Origin: Candidatus Woesearchaeota archaeon
Lineage (GTDB): Archaea > Nanobdellota > Nanobdellia > Woesearchaeales > ARS49
Reading direction: 5' to 3'
Assembly (NCBI GenBank): GCA_016929895.1
Contig: JAFGHW010000001.1
Span: forward strand, 135 to 64,134
Length of the DNA stretch: 64,000 nucleotides
The notes below the pieces were generated by a model. It was not told where the DNA came from and did not search any database. It saw only the letters and a program-made list of their open reading frames with translations. Both the position numbers and the translations under genes were made by a program. Positions 29,049 to 39,030 of this stretch are shown piece by piece (within the stretch, counting starts at the first letter, position 1; each line of letters opens with the position of its first letter).

Positions 29049-30761
29049 ATGGATCCCAAACAAGAGAAGACAAGGCACAGTGCAGCACACATACTTGCAT
29101 ATGCCATACAAGAACTTTATCCTGATGCAAAGAATACAATAGGGCCTCCTGTGGAAGAAGGATTTTATTATGACTTTGAGAATTTAAACATTACTCCTGC
29201 TGATTTTCCAAAAATAGAATCAAAGATGAAAGAAATAATCAAAGCAAACTATTCTTTTAAGAAAAAAACAGCAACACTTCCTGAAATAAAAAAAATATTC
29301 AAAGAAAACAAATATAAAATAGAAATGGCAGAGGAATTCAAAAAACAAAAAGAAAAACTAACAATTTATTCCTGCGGAAAATTCAGCGACTTATGCAGAG
29401 GACCGCATGTCAAATCAACAGGACAAATAAAAGCAATAAAACTAACAAAAATAGCAGGAGCCTACTGGAGAGGAGATGTTAAGAACAAACAATTAACAAG
29501 ATTATACGGCATTGCATTTGAAACAGAAAAAGAAATGAAAACTCATTTACAATTATTAGAAGAAGCATCCAAAAGAGACCACAGAAAAATAGGAAAAAAT
29601 CTGGAACTATTTTCTTTTCACGAAGAAGCGCCAGGAATGCCTTTCTGGCATGCAAAAGGAACAATCATATGGAATGAATTATTAAAATATTGGAGAGAAG
29701 AACACAAAAAAGACGGATATGAAGAAATAAGAACACCAGTAATCCTGAACAAAAAATTATGGCTGCTGTCAGGACACTGGGAGCATTACAAAGAAAACAT
29801 GTATTTTACAAAAGTAGACGAGCAAGACTATGCATTAAAACCAATGAACTGCCCAGGAGGAATACTTGTCTACAAAAACCGCGTAAGAAGCTATAAAGAA
29901 CTTCCTCTGCGAATGGCAGAGATAGGACTTGTCCACAGACATGAGCTAAGCGGAGTGCTAGCTGGACTATTAAGAGTAAGAGCATTTAACCAAGATGACG
30001 CGCACATTTACTGCATTCAAGAAACACTAAAACAAGAACTAAAAAAAGTGATACAGCTGTCTGACAGAATATACAAAAAATTCGGGTTCCAATACAATGT
30101 TGAATTAAGCACAAAACCAGAAAAAGCAATGGGCGACCCAAAATTATGGGAAAAAGCAGAAAAAGAATTAGCCGCCGCACTGGATGAATTAAAAATGAAA
30201 TACAAAATAAACCCTGGCGACGGAGCATTTTACGGACCAAAAATAGATTTTCACCTAAAAGATGCGCTGGGAAGAACATGGCAGTGCGGAACATTACAAT
30301 TAGACTTTCAAATGCCAATTAAGTTTAATTTGAAATACATGGGAGAAGATGGAACACAAAACCATCAGCCAATAACCCTGCACAGAACAATTTATGGAAG
30401 CATAGAAAGATTCATAGGAATACTATTAGAGCACACAGGAGGAAAACTGCCTCTATGGATATCACCAATACAAGTAAGAATATTAACAGTAGCAGACAGA
30501 TTTAATGAATACGCAGAAAAAATAATAAAACAAATGGATGAACAGGGTATAAGAGCAGAACTAGATGGCCGCACAGAAAGCATTGGCAAAAAAGTCCGAG
30601 AAGCACAACTGCAAAAAATAAATTATATTTTAGTAGTTGGAGAAAGAGAACTAAGCGAAGGAACAGTAACAATCAGAACAGTAGACAACAAAATCCAAGG
30701 CGCAAAAAAAATAGACACATTCATAAAACAAGTTGTTAAGGAGATTACAGAACGCAAATAA
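29049..30761 (+). CDS. thrS: Threonine--tRNA ligase (class II), lacking an N-terminal TGS domain.
   Basis: HSAAHILA (N2/editing-domain motif), RDHRKIGKNLELF, class II motifs and a C-terminal anticodon-binding domain. Confidence 0.85.
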   Translation: MDPKQEKTRHSAAHILAYAIQELYPDAKNTIGPPVEEGFYYDFENLNITPADFPKIESKMKEIIKANYSFKKKTATLPEIKKIFKENKYKIEMAEEFKKQKEKLTIYSCGKFSDLCRGPHVKSTGQIKAIKLTKIAGAYWRGDVKNKQLTRLYGIAFETEKEMKTHLQLLEEASKRDHRKIGKNLELFSFHEEAPGMPFWHAKGTIIWNELLKYWREEHKKDGYEEIRTPVILNKKLWLLSGHWEHYKENMYFTKVDEQDYALKPMNCPGGILVYKNRVRSYKELPLRMAEIGLVHRHELSGVLAGLLRVRAFNQDDAHIYCIQETLKQELKKVIQLSDRIYKKFGFQYNVELSTKPEKAMGDPKLWEKAEKELAAALDELKMKYKINPGDGAFYGPKIDFHLKDALGRTWQCGTLQLDFQMPIKFNLKYMGEDGTQNHQPITLHRTIYGSIERFIGILLEHTGGKLPLWISPIQVRILTVADRFNEYAEKIIKQMDEQGIRAELDGRTESIGKKVREAQLQKINYILVVGERELSEGTVTIRTVDNKIQGAKKIDTFIKQVVKEITERK

Positions 30762-30835
30762 TTCTCTTAAATATATTTTAAACAATAATAATACTTATTA
30801 ATAATGCTGCAACTACCTAAAAACAGGGTGAATAG

Positions 30836-31312
30836 ATGAAAAAAATATGGTTGATAGGACTATTACTGCTTGCATTCTCATTAGGATGGGCGATAAATGA
30901 TACAGAAATAAGTCCTGAAACAGAAATGCCCTTAGGAACAAACACAGGAATCTCTCCAAATGACTGGATAAAGCAGGATGATATACATGTTTACCGCTCG
31001 CACATAGAAATAGACCTTAAAAATGCTGTGTGGGCAAATTTTACAGACACAAACTCAATGACCCCTGTTCTTGGCTCAAAAAGCAATGCAATACAAGTAA
31101 AACCACAAAATGAAGAAGATATTCATATAGGAGATGTTATTTCATTTAGAAATAAAGTAAACAAAAGAAGAATAATTCACAGAGTTATAGGCATAGGAAA
31201 TGACCCTGAAGGAAGATATTTTTTAACCAAAGGAGACAATAACAAAGAAGAAGACAATATCAAAGTTCGCTTTAACGACATAGAAAGAGTTCTTGTAGCA
31301 GTAGTTTATTAG
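30836..31312 (+). CDS. Signal peptidase I (archaeal/ER S26B type).
   Basis: N-terminal TM, NSMTPVL (Ser box), GDVISF, IHRVI, TKGDNN boxes. Confidence 0.65.
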   Translation: MKKIWLIGLLLLAFSLGWAINDTEISPETEMPLGTNTGISPNDWIKQDDIHVYRSHIEIDLKNAVWANFTDTNSMTPVLGSKSNAIQVKPQNEEDIHIGDVISFRNKVNKRRIIHRVIGIGNDPEGRYFLTKGDNNKEEDNIKVRFNDIERVLVAVVY

Positions 31313-31371
31313 TTACCAATTGGTGATGACAAAACGAAAGGTTTATAAAGGACCTTGATTTTATTCTCGGC

Positions 31372-31806
31372 ATGGATTCACAACAAGAATATTTAATAAA
31401 CAGAGTATATGACACAACAGTAAGAAAACTTGACTTGCTTGATTATAGACATGACTGTGGTATAACTGATTTTTATAAAAGAACATCAGTTCTTGCGCTC
31501 AAAAAAGACAGTCTAAACGGAAAAGCATTAGCACAATGCACTTCGCGAGAAATATGCCGCGCGCTAATAGATGAAAACAAGGAGACAGAAGATTATCTTA
31601 AAGAAAACAAACATTTAGATGGCATAACTGCAACAGACCCAAAACTAAGAGAGATAATCAATTCTCTTGAAAACCTAAAAAAACTAGATGAACTAAAAAA
31701 ACACCAAGTATTGCCTGCTGCAAGAAAAGTAATAGATGCAATAAAACATAACTGGCCATACAATAAAAGACTTGTACGTGCAGTGCAAAAACAATTTAAT
31801 TTCTAA
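31372..31806 (+). CDS. Hypothetical protein (144 aa).
   Basis: ORF track. No motif recognised. Confidence 0.3.
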   Translation: MDSQQEYLINRVYDTTVRKLDLLDYRHDCGITDFYKRTSVLALKKDSLNGKALAQCTSREICRALIDENKETEDYLKENKHLDGITATDPKLREIINSLENLKKLDELKKHQVLPAARKVIDAIKHNWPYNKRLVRAVQKQFNF

Positions 31807-31833
31807 GAAACCTTTAAAAACCAAACGAATATT

Positions 31834-32190
31834 TTGATTTCTATGGAATACAAACAAGTAATACTAGTAAGAAAAGATTTAAAACTATCAAAAGGAAAAA
31901 TGAGCGCACAGGTTGCGCATGCATCTTCTGAAGCAGTTCTAAAATCACACAAAGACGATATAACCAAATGGAGAAACCGAGGAATGAAAAAAGCAGTTCT
32001 ACAAGTTTCCAGCAAAGAAGAATTATTCAAATACAAACAACAGGCAGAAGACGCAGGATTAATCGTTTCTTTAATAACAGACGCAGGAAGAACAGAACTA
32101 GAACCAGGAACAATAACCTGCCTGGGAATCGGACCAGATAAAGAAGAAAAAATAGACAAGATTACAGGAGAATTAAAACTATTATCATGA
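31834..32190 (+). CDS. pth2: Peptidyl-tRNA hydrolase, archaeal type (Pth2). An alternative start is at 31843.
   Basis: KQVILVRKDLKLSKGKMSAQVAHAS and the C-terminal GLI..L.TDAG.TE..PGT.T.LGIGP motifs. Confidence 0.8.
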   Translation: MISMEYKQVILVRKDLKLSKGKMSAQVAHASSEAVLKSHKDDITKWRNRGMKKAVLQVSSKEELFKYKQQAEDAGLIVSLITDAGRTELEPGTITCLGIGPDKEEKIDKITGELKLLS

Positions 32191-32519
32191 GTCTAATACC
32201 AATAATATGGCTTCTTGGATTAATAACAGCATTAGTATTGGGTGTTTGTGTTAATAAACTATTAAAAAAAATATTTAAAAAAGAATGGCTTACATGGGTA
32301 TTAACAATACCTGCTGCATTTATACTTGGATTGATTTATTCTGGCATTGGAAAAATATTCTTTTTTGTAACAATGCCCGGACCAACATCATTAGGAGGGG
32401 CGCTAGCAAAAGGAATAGGACTAGCGATAGCATATTTGCTTTTTATAATCTCTGGAATGCTGAGTTTCTTAATCGCAAGCACAGTAACATCGATTGTCAG
32501 ATTGATAAGAAAAAAATAA
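32187..32519 (+). CDS. Small integral membrane protein (3 TM).
   Basis: ORF track. Hydrophobic throughout. Confidence 0.35.
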   Translation: MSLIPIIWLLGLITALVLGVCVNKLLKKIFKKEWLTWVLTIPAAFILGLIYSGIGKIFFFVTMPGPTSLGGALAKGIGLAIAYLLFIISGMLSFLIASTVTSIVRLIRKK

Positions 32520-32521
32520 TT

Positions 32522-33706
32522 CTAAACCCAGCCAAAATACATAGCAACAAACATTCCAATACCTAATAACAAGATTATTATTCCTGCAATCAAATGAAGA
32601 ATCTTTAACTGCTTTTTTCTCCACTTCTCTGCCTTATGCGTTGTTGTCAAGCCAAAATAAATCGCTCCTGTAATCAGCAGCATAGGAAGAATAAAAATAA
32701 GATTATAAATCAGCAAAAGAAGCAAAGCATAATTCTTTGTAGCAGTCTTTGCAAGCAAACCAAGAATAACAATATACGGGCCAGAAGTGCAAGGCAAAAG
32801 AAACAAACTAACAATAAAACCAATCAAAAAAGCACCAGGAACAGAAGTAACGCCGCCAATAATGCATTTAAGCCTTGGACGCCAAGACACAGGAACTTCC
32901 ATAACAAACCATTTTCCATAAGCAAAAAAATCTTTCAAATTAAACAAACCAACCAAAATTGCAAGAACAGCAACAATTGTATAAAAGTAATGAGTAAATT
33001 TTGCTGCCTGAATAGCAGAATACAAACCCAAACCCATTAAAAAATACGAAATATAAATCGAAAAAGTAAAAGCCAACCCAGCATAAAGAGCGCGCTTTCT
33101 ATTATCTGCTGCCAGAATAGTAGTCAATAAAATAATCAATACAGCAAAAGCACAGGGATTAATAGCATCAACAGCAGCAGCAGAAATAACTGCTCCCAAA
33201 GTCAAGCTCTGCTTTAATTTTGTTTTACCCGGGTCTTCAAGAGGAGAACTCTCAGCAACAATAGAAGTAGTTTCAGGAGTTTTAACATGCTCCATTGGGT
33301 CGTTACATCCGTCTAAAGAACATCTTTCAATCTCTTTTTCTAAAGAAGCTCCAATAGAATCACTAAAACCAACAAAAACCTTATCATCAATAAAAACAGT
33401 AGGCACGCCAGAAATCTCCTCACCAAATGAAGCCGCCATATCCTGAAATAATTCACGATTAGCATCATCAAAATAAATTTCCTTTTTAATAATCTTAATA
33501 TTGCTATATTTTAATTCGATATCATCAAGAAAAGAAATTAACTTAGCACAATGAGGACATCCTTTTCCATAAAAGTCATAAAGAATCACTTCTTTAGACC
33601 CTATACCAATAACAGTTCCAGTGGATGTAAAATTATTAATAGAAAAAACAAGCGCAATAATCAATACAAAAAATAAAAAAAAAGCTGCAATGCCTATTTT
33701 TTTCAT
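32522..33706 (-). CDS. Thioredoxin-domain / CcdA (DsbD-like) fusion disulfide reductase membrane protein.
   Basis: CPHC thioredoxin active site in the periplasmic-like domain. The CcdA TM domain has the conserved Cys pairs INPCAF and LLPCTSGP. Confidence 0.7.
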   Translation of the reverse strand: MKKIGIAAFFLFFVLIIALVFSINNFTSTGTVIGIGSKEVILYDFYGKGCPHCAKLISFLDDIELKYSNIKIIKKEIYFDDANRELFQDMAASFGEEISGVPTVFIDDKVFVGFSDSIGASLEKEIERCSLDGCNDPMEHVKTPETTSIVAESSPLEDPGKTKLKQSLTLGAVISAAAVDAINPCAFAVLIILLTTILAADNRKRALYAGLAFTFSIYISYFLMGLGLYSAIQAAKFTHYFYTIVAVLAILVGLFNLKDFFAYGKWFVMEVPVSWRPRLKCIIGGVTSVPGAFLIGFIVSLFLLPCTSGPYIVILGLLAKTATKNYALLLLLIYNLIFILPMLLITGAIYFGLTTTHKAEKWRKKQLKILHLIAGIIILLLGIGMFVAMYFGWV

Positions 33707-33740
33707 GGTTATCTGGTATTTGCAAACATATATTTTAATT

Positions 33741-34262
33741 TTATGCTCTTGTCATTAATGTTCCACATTTAGGACATTTTCTTTGCACACAAGGAATTCC
33801 AATCTTATGAGGAACCCTATTACCGCATTTAGGACATTTGCATTCACCAGAAGGACCTGCGGCAAATCCGCCCATTCTTCCGCGGCCTGCGCCAGGACCT
33901 ATTCCCCTTCTCAAACCTCTGCCAGCGCCCATTCCACGGCCCATGCCCGGGCCCATGCCTCTTCTTGGAGCAACCATCTTATAAACACCTCCTTCAATTC
34001 TTATAGACTTACCGTTAACAAGAGCATCAGCCAGTTTTTTTCTTGCAGACAATAAAATTCTGTGCAAAGTTGGCTGAGAAATATTCATTTTCTTGGCAGC
34101 ATTTTTCTGCTCAGTCTCTTCTAAATCACAAAGCCTAATTGCTTCAAATTCATCCACAGTAAGAATAACTTCCTGCAGTTCAACCAAACGAACTCCTGAA
34201 GGCTTAAAAAAAGTAACCTCAGGATTAAATCTAACTCTTCTAAATAATCTAGGCCTGGGCAT
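33741..34262 (-). CDS. DUF134 (UPF0251) sigma-70-region-4-like HTH protein, fused to a Gly/Arg-rich linker and a C-terminal double CxxC zinc ribbon.
   Basis: MPRPRLFRRVRFNPEVTFFKP...DEFEAIRLCDLE...MNISQPTLHRIL matches the DUF134 signature. CKCPKCG...CPKCG at the C-terminus. Confidence 0.6.
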   Translation of the reverse strand: MPRPRLFRRVRFNPEVTFFKPSGVRLVELQEVILTVDEFEAIRLCDLEETEQKNAAKKMNISQPTLHRILLSARKKLADALVNGKSIRIEGGVYKMVAPRRGMGPGMGRGMGAGRGLRRGIGPGAGRGRMGGFAAGPSGECKCPKCGNRVPHKIGIPCVQRKCPKCGTLMTRA

Positions 34263-34569
34263 TTATTACCTCTTTAACAGTCTTGCCAGTTAAACTCTTA
34301 TGCTTTATTTTCTTATCCCTGATAAAATCTTCCATCTTTGGACCCATTTTGCCGCTAATAATTAATTTGACACCTTCATTATGAAGCATTTGCGCAACAC
34401 CAATGCCTGCGCCGCCGCCGCCAAACTGAAATGGATTTTTAATAGTCTTAATCAATTTCTTGTTTTCAAAAATCAAATAATACTCTGCCCTTCCGCTAAT
34501 AGGACTAACTTCTGAATCAATGGTTTTGCCACTTGAAGCAACAGCTATTTTCATTTTTACACCTCGCAT
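34249..34569 (-). CDS. Dinitrogenase FeMo-cofactor-binding (NifX/NifB C-terminal-like) domain protein.
   Basis: MKIAVASSG...SPISGRAEYYLIF...GGGAGIGVAQMLHNEGVKLIISGKMGP matches the PF02579-type fold signature. Confidence 0.6.
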   Translation of the reverse strand: MRGVKMKIAVASSGKTIDSEVSPISGRAEYYLIFENKKLIKTIKNPFQFGGGGAGIGVAQMLHNEGVKLIISGKMGPKMEDFIRDKKIKHKSLTGKTVKEVINAQA

Positions 34570-35057
34570 AATTTTTCAACAATAATTCCCTGAAATATTG
34601 AAACAAAAATCATTACAATAGTCAAAACAATTGTGTATGTCAAACCAAAATAAAAAATAATCAATGGAATCAAAGCAGGTTTTATAGCGCGATTGTAAAG
34701 AAATGCTGCAATCAAACCATTTCGCATGCCCTGCTTTTGCAATTCATTAAGCAAAGGATACCACATATAAATAGGCCCAGTAGAAATAATTCCGCCAATA
34801 ATGGCTGCAAACCATCCCTTAATACCTGATTGTTTTCCTAAATATTTTGAGACTGCCTTTGGATTAATAAAATAATTTACTAATACCAATAAAACAAAAA
34901 CCAAAATAAAAACCCACCAAATTTTCTTAAATATTCCAAGAAAAAAATCAAGACTGGGAATTATAAACTCAAACCTAAAAAAAGCAGTTATTAGGTATAA
35001 AAGAATAACAATTACCAAAAAATACCAGCCAATTCTGCTAACTTCGCTCTTTGCCAT
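34557..35057 (-). CDS. Integral membrane protein, putative permease half (pairs with 35058..35486).
   Basis: 4-5 TM segments. Similar glycine-rich TM motif (AAIIGGIISTGP) to the neighbour (GSAIGSFLAGNP). Confidence 0.4.
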   Translation of the reverse strand: MAKSEVSRIGWYFLVIVILLYLITAFFRFEFIIPSLDFFLGIFKKIWWVFILVFVLLVLVNYFINPKAVSKYLGKQSGIKGWFAAIIGGIISTGPIYMWYPLLNELQKQGMRNGLIAAFLYNRAIKPALIPLIIFYFGLTYTIVLTIVMIFVSIFQGIIVEKLCEV

Positions 35058-35486
35058 CTAAATAACACCTAAAATCAAAACAGTTAATATTGCAACAACA
35101 ACTGCAAATAAAAAAGCAGTAATATTTCTTATGATTGCAAACTTTTTTCCCAGTAAAATCGATTCGGCGGGCAATTGAACAACACCAACACTTACCCATG
35201 AAACCAAAAAAGCAGTTACTGCTGTAAGACTAATTCCCTGAGAAAGCAATTCTCCGCCAAGAATATAGCTGGTTACAGGATTTCCTGCAAGAAAACTGCC
35301 AATAGCACTGCCTATAAAAGAATCCAAAACAATATTTTTGCTAAACAAAAAAACAAAAGCAGATTTTGGAATAACAGAATGGAACAAACTCACTAAAAGA
35401 ATCACGCCAAGCAAAATAGGCAAGCTCCTCCACATAGCTTTAGCTGACTGCTTCACAGCCTGCTTTAAACCTGACTGTTGATTCAT
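35058..35486 (-). CDS. Integral membrane protein, putative permease half.
   Basis: ORF track. 4 TM segments. Abuts the neighbouring membrane gene with a 1-nt gap. Confidence 0.4.
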   Translation of the reverse strand: MNQQSGLKQAVKQSAKAMWRSLPILLGVILLVSLFHSVIPKSAFVFLFSKNIVLDSFIGSAIGSFLAGNPVTSYILGGELLSQGISLTAVTAFLVSWVSVGVVQLPAESILLGKKFAIIRNITAFLFAVVVAILTVLILGVI

Positions 35487-35860
35487 TATTTCAACTCTTT
35501 TAGTCTTTTCTTAATTTCATCAAGTTCTTTATTTAAGAGTTTCTGTTCTTGTTCTATTGTTTTGGCTTCCTGCTCAAGGGCAAATTTTGCTTCTTCTTTT
35601 GTTCTAGGTTCAGAATAATCTGACTCAGCATAGCCAGATTCATCATATACTGGAGCAAAAGCCATTCTTCTGCCAAAACCTCTGCCAAATCCACGACCAA
35701 AACCTCTGCCTCTGCCAAAACCACGGCCACCTCTAGGCATTCCTCTGCCAAAGCCAGGGCTATTAAAACCTGCGCAAAAACCAAGTCCTCTTCCAGTCAT
35801 AGGTCCAAAACCATCAGGACCAGTTTCATCTCCATAAGGCATTTTATTTTCCTCCCTCAA
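35486..35860 (-). CDS. DUF5320-like protein (Gly/Arg/Phe-rich repeats + C-terminal coiled coil).
   Basis: GRGLGFCAGFNSPGFGRGMPRGGRGFGRGRGFGRGFGRGFGR followed by coiled-coil KEEAKFALEQEAKTIEQEQKLLNKELDEIKKRLKEL. Confidence 0.55.
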   Translation of the reverse strand: MREENKMPYGDETGPDGFGPMTGRGLGFCAGFNSPGFGRGMPRGGRGFGRGRGFGRGFGRGFGRRMAFAPVYDESGYAESDYSEPRTKEEAKFALEQEAKTIEQEQKLLNKELDEIKKRLKELK

Positions 35861-36016
35861 ACCGGCTTAAGTCGATTTGAATACTAATTCATAACTAATA
35901 ATGAATATATATTCATTAGACTATATAAAGGTTTTGGTTTTTTCTCGGCCCAAAGCTATTTTTTCTGTTTTTCACTACCGCAACGTTTATAAAGGACTGT
36001 CAAATACAAAAGGACT

Positions 36017-36430
36017 ATGGTTACCTTTAAACTCGTAATAGGAACAAAAGGCGGCAAATGCCTGCAGAAAGAAGTGCCAGAACCAGATTCTAAAGGCTTC
36101 CTGGGCAAAAAAATAGGCGAAGCAATCAAAGGAGAACTTATAGGGCTGACAGGCTATGAATTCCTAATAACAGGAGGAAGCGACTATGCAGGATTTCCAA
36201 TGAGAAAAGACATCACCGGACCTGGAAGAAAACGCATACTCGCTATTCAAGGAATCGGATTAAAATCCAAAAGAAAAGGACAAAGACAAAGAAAAACAGT
36301 CTGCGGAAACACAATTCACAATAATATTTCACAAATAAATCTAAAAGTAACAAAAGAGGGGCCAGCACCCTTAGAAATACCAAAAAAAGAAAGCGAAAAG
36401 CCAAAAGAAAAAAAAGAAGAAGCAAAATAA
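36017..36430 (+). CDS. rps6e: 30S ribosomal protein S6e.
   Basis: KLVIGTKGGKCLQKEV...KKIGE.I.GELIGLTGYEFLITGGSDYAGFPMRKD is the S6e signature. Confidence 0.85.
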   Translation: MVTFKLVIGTKGGKCLQKEVPEPDSKGFLGKKIGEAIKGELIGLTGYEFLITGGSDYAGFPMRKDITGPGRKRILAIQGIGLKSKRKGQRQRKTVCGNTIHNNISQINLKVTKEGPAPLEIPKKESEKPKEKKEEAK

Positions 36431-36482
36431 AATAATAAAATTTAAATAATCAGCAAATAAGCCATACTAAAAGGGGTGGAAA

Positions 36483-37082
36483 ATGGCAAATATAGACCTC
36501 ATACAAAGGTTCATTAAAATCTACAGTTCTGCACAAGTAGCAATAGACTCAAATAACAAAGATACTGCAGAACAAAAATACCAAGAACTTCTTGACCTAT
36601 ATAATATAATAAAAAACTCTGACTTAGACTATAACCATAAAAAAATAGCATACACCCAAATACAAAAAGTATACAATGGAATAAAAGGAATAGACACAAG
36701 AACAAGCATAAACAGATATGTCTTTGCAATAGCAGTATTTGTAATACTAATAAGCTTTGCAGTCTTTGCAAAACCATCATTCTTCGGGCTAACAGTTCTG
36801 GAAGAAGGACTGTATGGAAACCAAGCACCATATTGGAACTCAGAACAAAAAAACTTCGAATTCCAAGACCAACTAACACTAAACCTAAATGAATACTTTG
36901 CAGACCCAGAAGGAGATGAACTGACATTCCTCACAAAACACCAAAAAGGACTAAAAATCGCATTATCTGGAAACCAAATAACTGTACAAAACGACGGAGC
37001 CCGAGGAGAAATCCCATTAGAACTAATAGCATCAGATGGAAAAAGAATGACCAAAGAAACAGTAATACTTACTTCTAAATAA
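36483..37082 (+). CDS. Single-pass membrane protein (helical N-domain, TM, extracytoplasmic C-domain).
   Basis: ORF track, preferred over the low-complexity mirror ORFs 36514..36927(-) and 36629..37114(-). Confidence 0.4.
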   Translation: MANIDLIQRFIKIYSSAQVAIDSNNKDTAEQKYQELLDLYNIIKNSDLDYNHKKIAYTQIQKVYNGIKGIDTRTSINRYVFAIAVFVILISFAVFAKPSFFGLTVLEEGLYGNQAPYWNSEQKNFEFQDQLTLNLNEYFADPEGDELTFLTKHQKGLKIALSGNQITVQNDGARGEIPLELIASDGKRMTKETVILTSK

Positions 37083-37147
37083 ATTATGCACATGTACAAA
37101 ATATTTATATACAACAGAACAAAATAGACTTTAAAAGGGGAAAATAA

Positions 37148-38572
37148 ATGAAGAAAATAATAGTGCTAATTATAATTCTACTAATCACGGCTCCATTAAG
37201 CAATGCAGAAATTTTCAGACTGGCAAATGTAAAAACATCTCCTTCTAAAATAGATAGAAGAACAGCAACAATAACAGAAGTGCCAGTTCAAATACAAACA
37301 GTATTTCTGCAAACAAATCCCAGAGAAGAAGCAAAAATAATATCAGCAAAAGCAAAATGTGAATCAGAAGACTTAATTGACTATTTCATAATAAAAGAAA
37401 CAACAAGAACACCAATAATTATCACAAAACTAATGCCTGCTACTGAAAAAAATTCAACAGAAATAAACTGCACAATACAATTAAAAATACTGCAAAACAA
37501 TAATACAATAGAAGAAGAAAAACAAATACAACAAACAATCCAATTATACTCAAATCCACTGGGCGAAATAAATGAAAACATACAAAACAAAATAAACCAA
37601 ATAAATGAAGACATACATGATTTTGAAAAACAAATAGCACATCTGGAAAGAACAAACCGAGTTCTGGGACAAATCGCGTCATATTCAGAAACAGCAGCAA
37701 AAGGAGACGCAATAATAACACAAGTACTCGGAGTAATATGGCCAATAGCAGTAGCACTTGAAGAAATCCCCACGCCGTACACAAAAGCAGCAGGAAGACT
37801 CTTATGGAATATAGCCGGAAAAGGACTTCATTCAGGCCACACATTTGTTTTATGGGCGATATGGAATCCCGGGTACAGCATAACAGGAGCCAGCACAATA
37901 CTAAGCACATTCACAAAAACATTGACAATAATGCAATCATGCCAGCTTTGCGATTATTCAGAAACACATACTGCCCTGATAGAACAAGCAGCAGGGGAAA
38001 AAATATTCACATTAGACGACAAACATGGAGAACCAACAACAATAGAGCAATTCACGATATATGAATGGGAGCCATATAAAAGCATACACGTAGCACAAGC
38101 ATGCCTTTGCCTGCCAGCAATTTCATACAATCTGGAAAAAGAAAAACAAATCAAATGCATTTACAAAAACTGCATAGAACAAAACGCAGAATACGGATTC
38201 CCTTTAACAGAATGCGAAAAAACACTAAAACAACAACAATGCCTGTATGTTGACGGAGCAGCCTGGAAAATATCAGGAGGAAATGCAGCGGCGCAAATAT
38301 TCTCTGAAATAACCAACACAATAATGAAACAACTGCCCGTAATATTTGCAGGAGAAATATGGCAAAACCTTTGCGATTATGAAACAGGAGTGTTTTCACA
38401 AGAAGCATATCCTGAAACATTTGGCCAGCCAAATATTCTCTCTGATATGGCCGTGCCATTATGCGCAGCAACAGCAGGAATGCAAATGCTTCAAGAAACA
38501 GGATTTTTCAAAGGAAACAAATACAAATGGGACCAGTACACAGGAAAACTAAAAGGAGATGATTATTGTTGA
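37148..38572 (+). CDS. Secreted protein A of the surface-protein cluster: signal peptide, coiled coil, hydrophobic helices and the shared Cys-rich module (ACLCLPAISYNLEKEKQIKCIYKNC...).
   Basis: Signal peptide MKKIIVLIIILLITAPLSNA. C-terminal module shared with the 1104-aa and 1865-aa proteins. Confidence 0.5.
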   Translation: MKKIIVLIIILLITAPLSNAEIFRLANVKTSPSKIDRRTATITEVPVQIQTVFLQTNPREEAKIISAKAKCESEDLIDYFIIKETTRTPIIITKLMPATEKNSTEINCTIQLKILQNNNTIEEEKQIQQTIQLYSNPLGEINENIQNKINQINEDIHDFEKQIAHLERTNRVLGQIASYSETAAKGDAIITQVLGVIWPIAVALEEIPTPYTKAAGRLLWNIAGKGLHSGHTFVLWAIWNPGYSITGASTILSTFTKTLTIMQSCQLCDYSETHTALIEQAAGEKIFTLDDKHGEPTTIEQFTIYEWEPYKSIHVAQACLCLPAISYNLEKEKQIKCIYKNCIEQNAEYGFPLTECEKTLKQQQCLYVDGAAWKISGGNAAAQIFSEITNTIMKQLPVIFAGEIWQNLCDYETGVFSQEAYPETFGQPNILSDMAVPLCAATAGMQMLQETGFFKGNKYKWDQYTGKLKGDDYC

Positions 38573-39030
38573 ATAAAAAAATAATATTTTTAATTATAGT
38601 GATTTTATTAGCCGCGCTTGTTTACGGCGGAGTTAGAACACCAACAACACCGTGGTATGAAGTAGAAGAATGGGAAATAGAAGTCTGCTCAAAATTCGCC
38701 GGAAACACTGCTCCTGAAAATGCAGAAACAGAAACTGGATTTGCCGCGTACGGAACAACAAGCATGACAATACAAGCATACAAAACAAATCTGGGCGATG
38801 AAAACTTCTATGAAGTATATTATTACATCGAACCATATGAAGAAACACAACAATATATTTTACAATTAGTTAATGAAAACCAAAAACTGAATTATGAAAT
38901 AGCATCAGGCACAATAGGAATAAATGCAGGAGTTGCAGATTATTACACAAATTATTCAACACAAAACTTTAATGAAGTGCGATTAGTGCACAAATACGGA
39001 GCATTCAAGGTTCCGATAATAGAAAGATGA
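38566..39030 (+). CDS. Membrane-anchored small protein B (N-terminal TM, Tyr/Glu-rich ectodomain).
   Basis: ORF overlapping neighbours by 7 nt and 4 nt (translational coupling). Confidence 0.4.
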   Translation: MLNKKIIFLIIVILLAALVYGGVRTPTTPWYEVEEWEIEVCSKFAGNTAPENAETETGFAAYGTTSMTIQAYKTNLGDENFYEVYYYIEPYEETQQYILQLVNENQKLNYEIASGTIGINAGVADYYTNYSTQNFNEVRLVHKYGAFKVPIIER

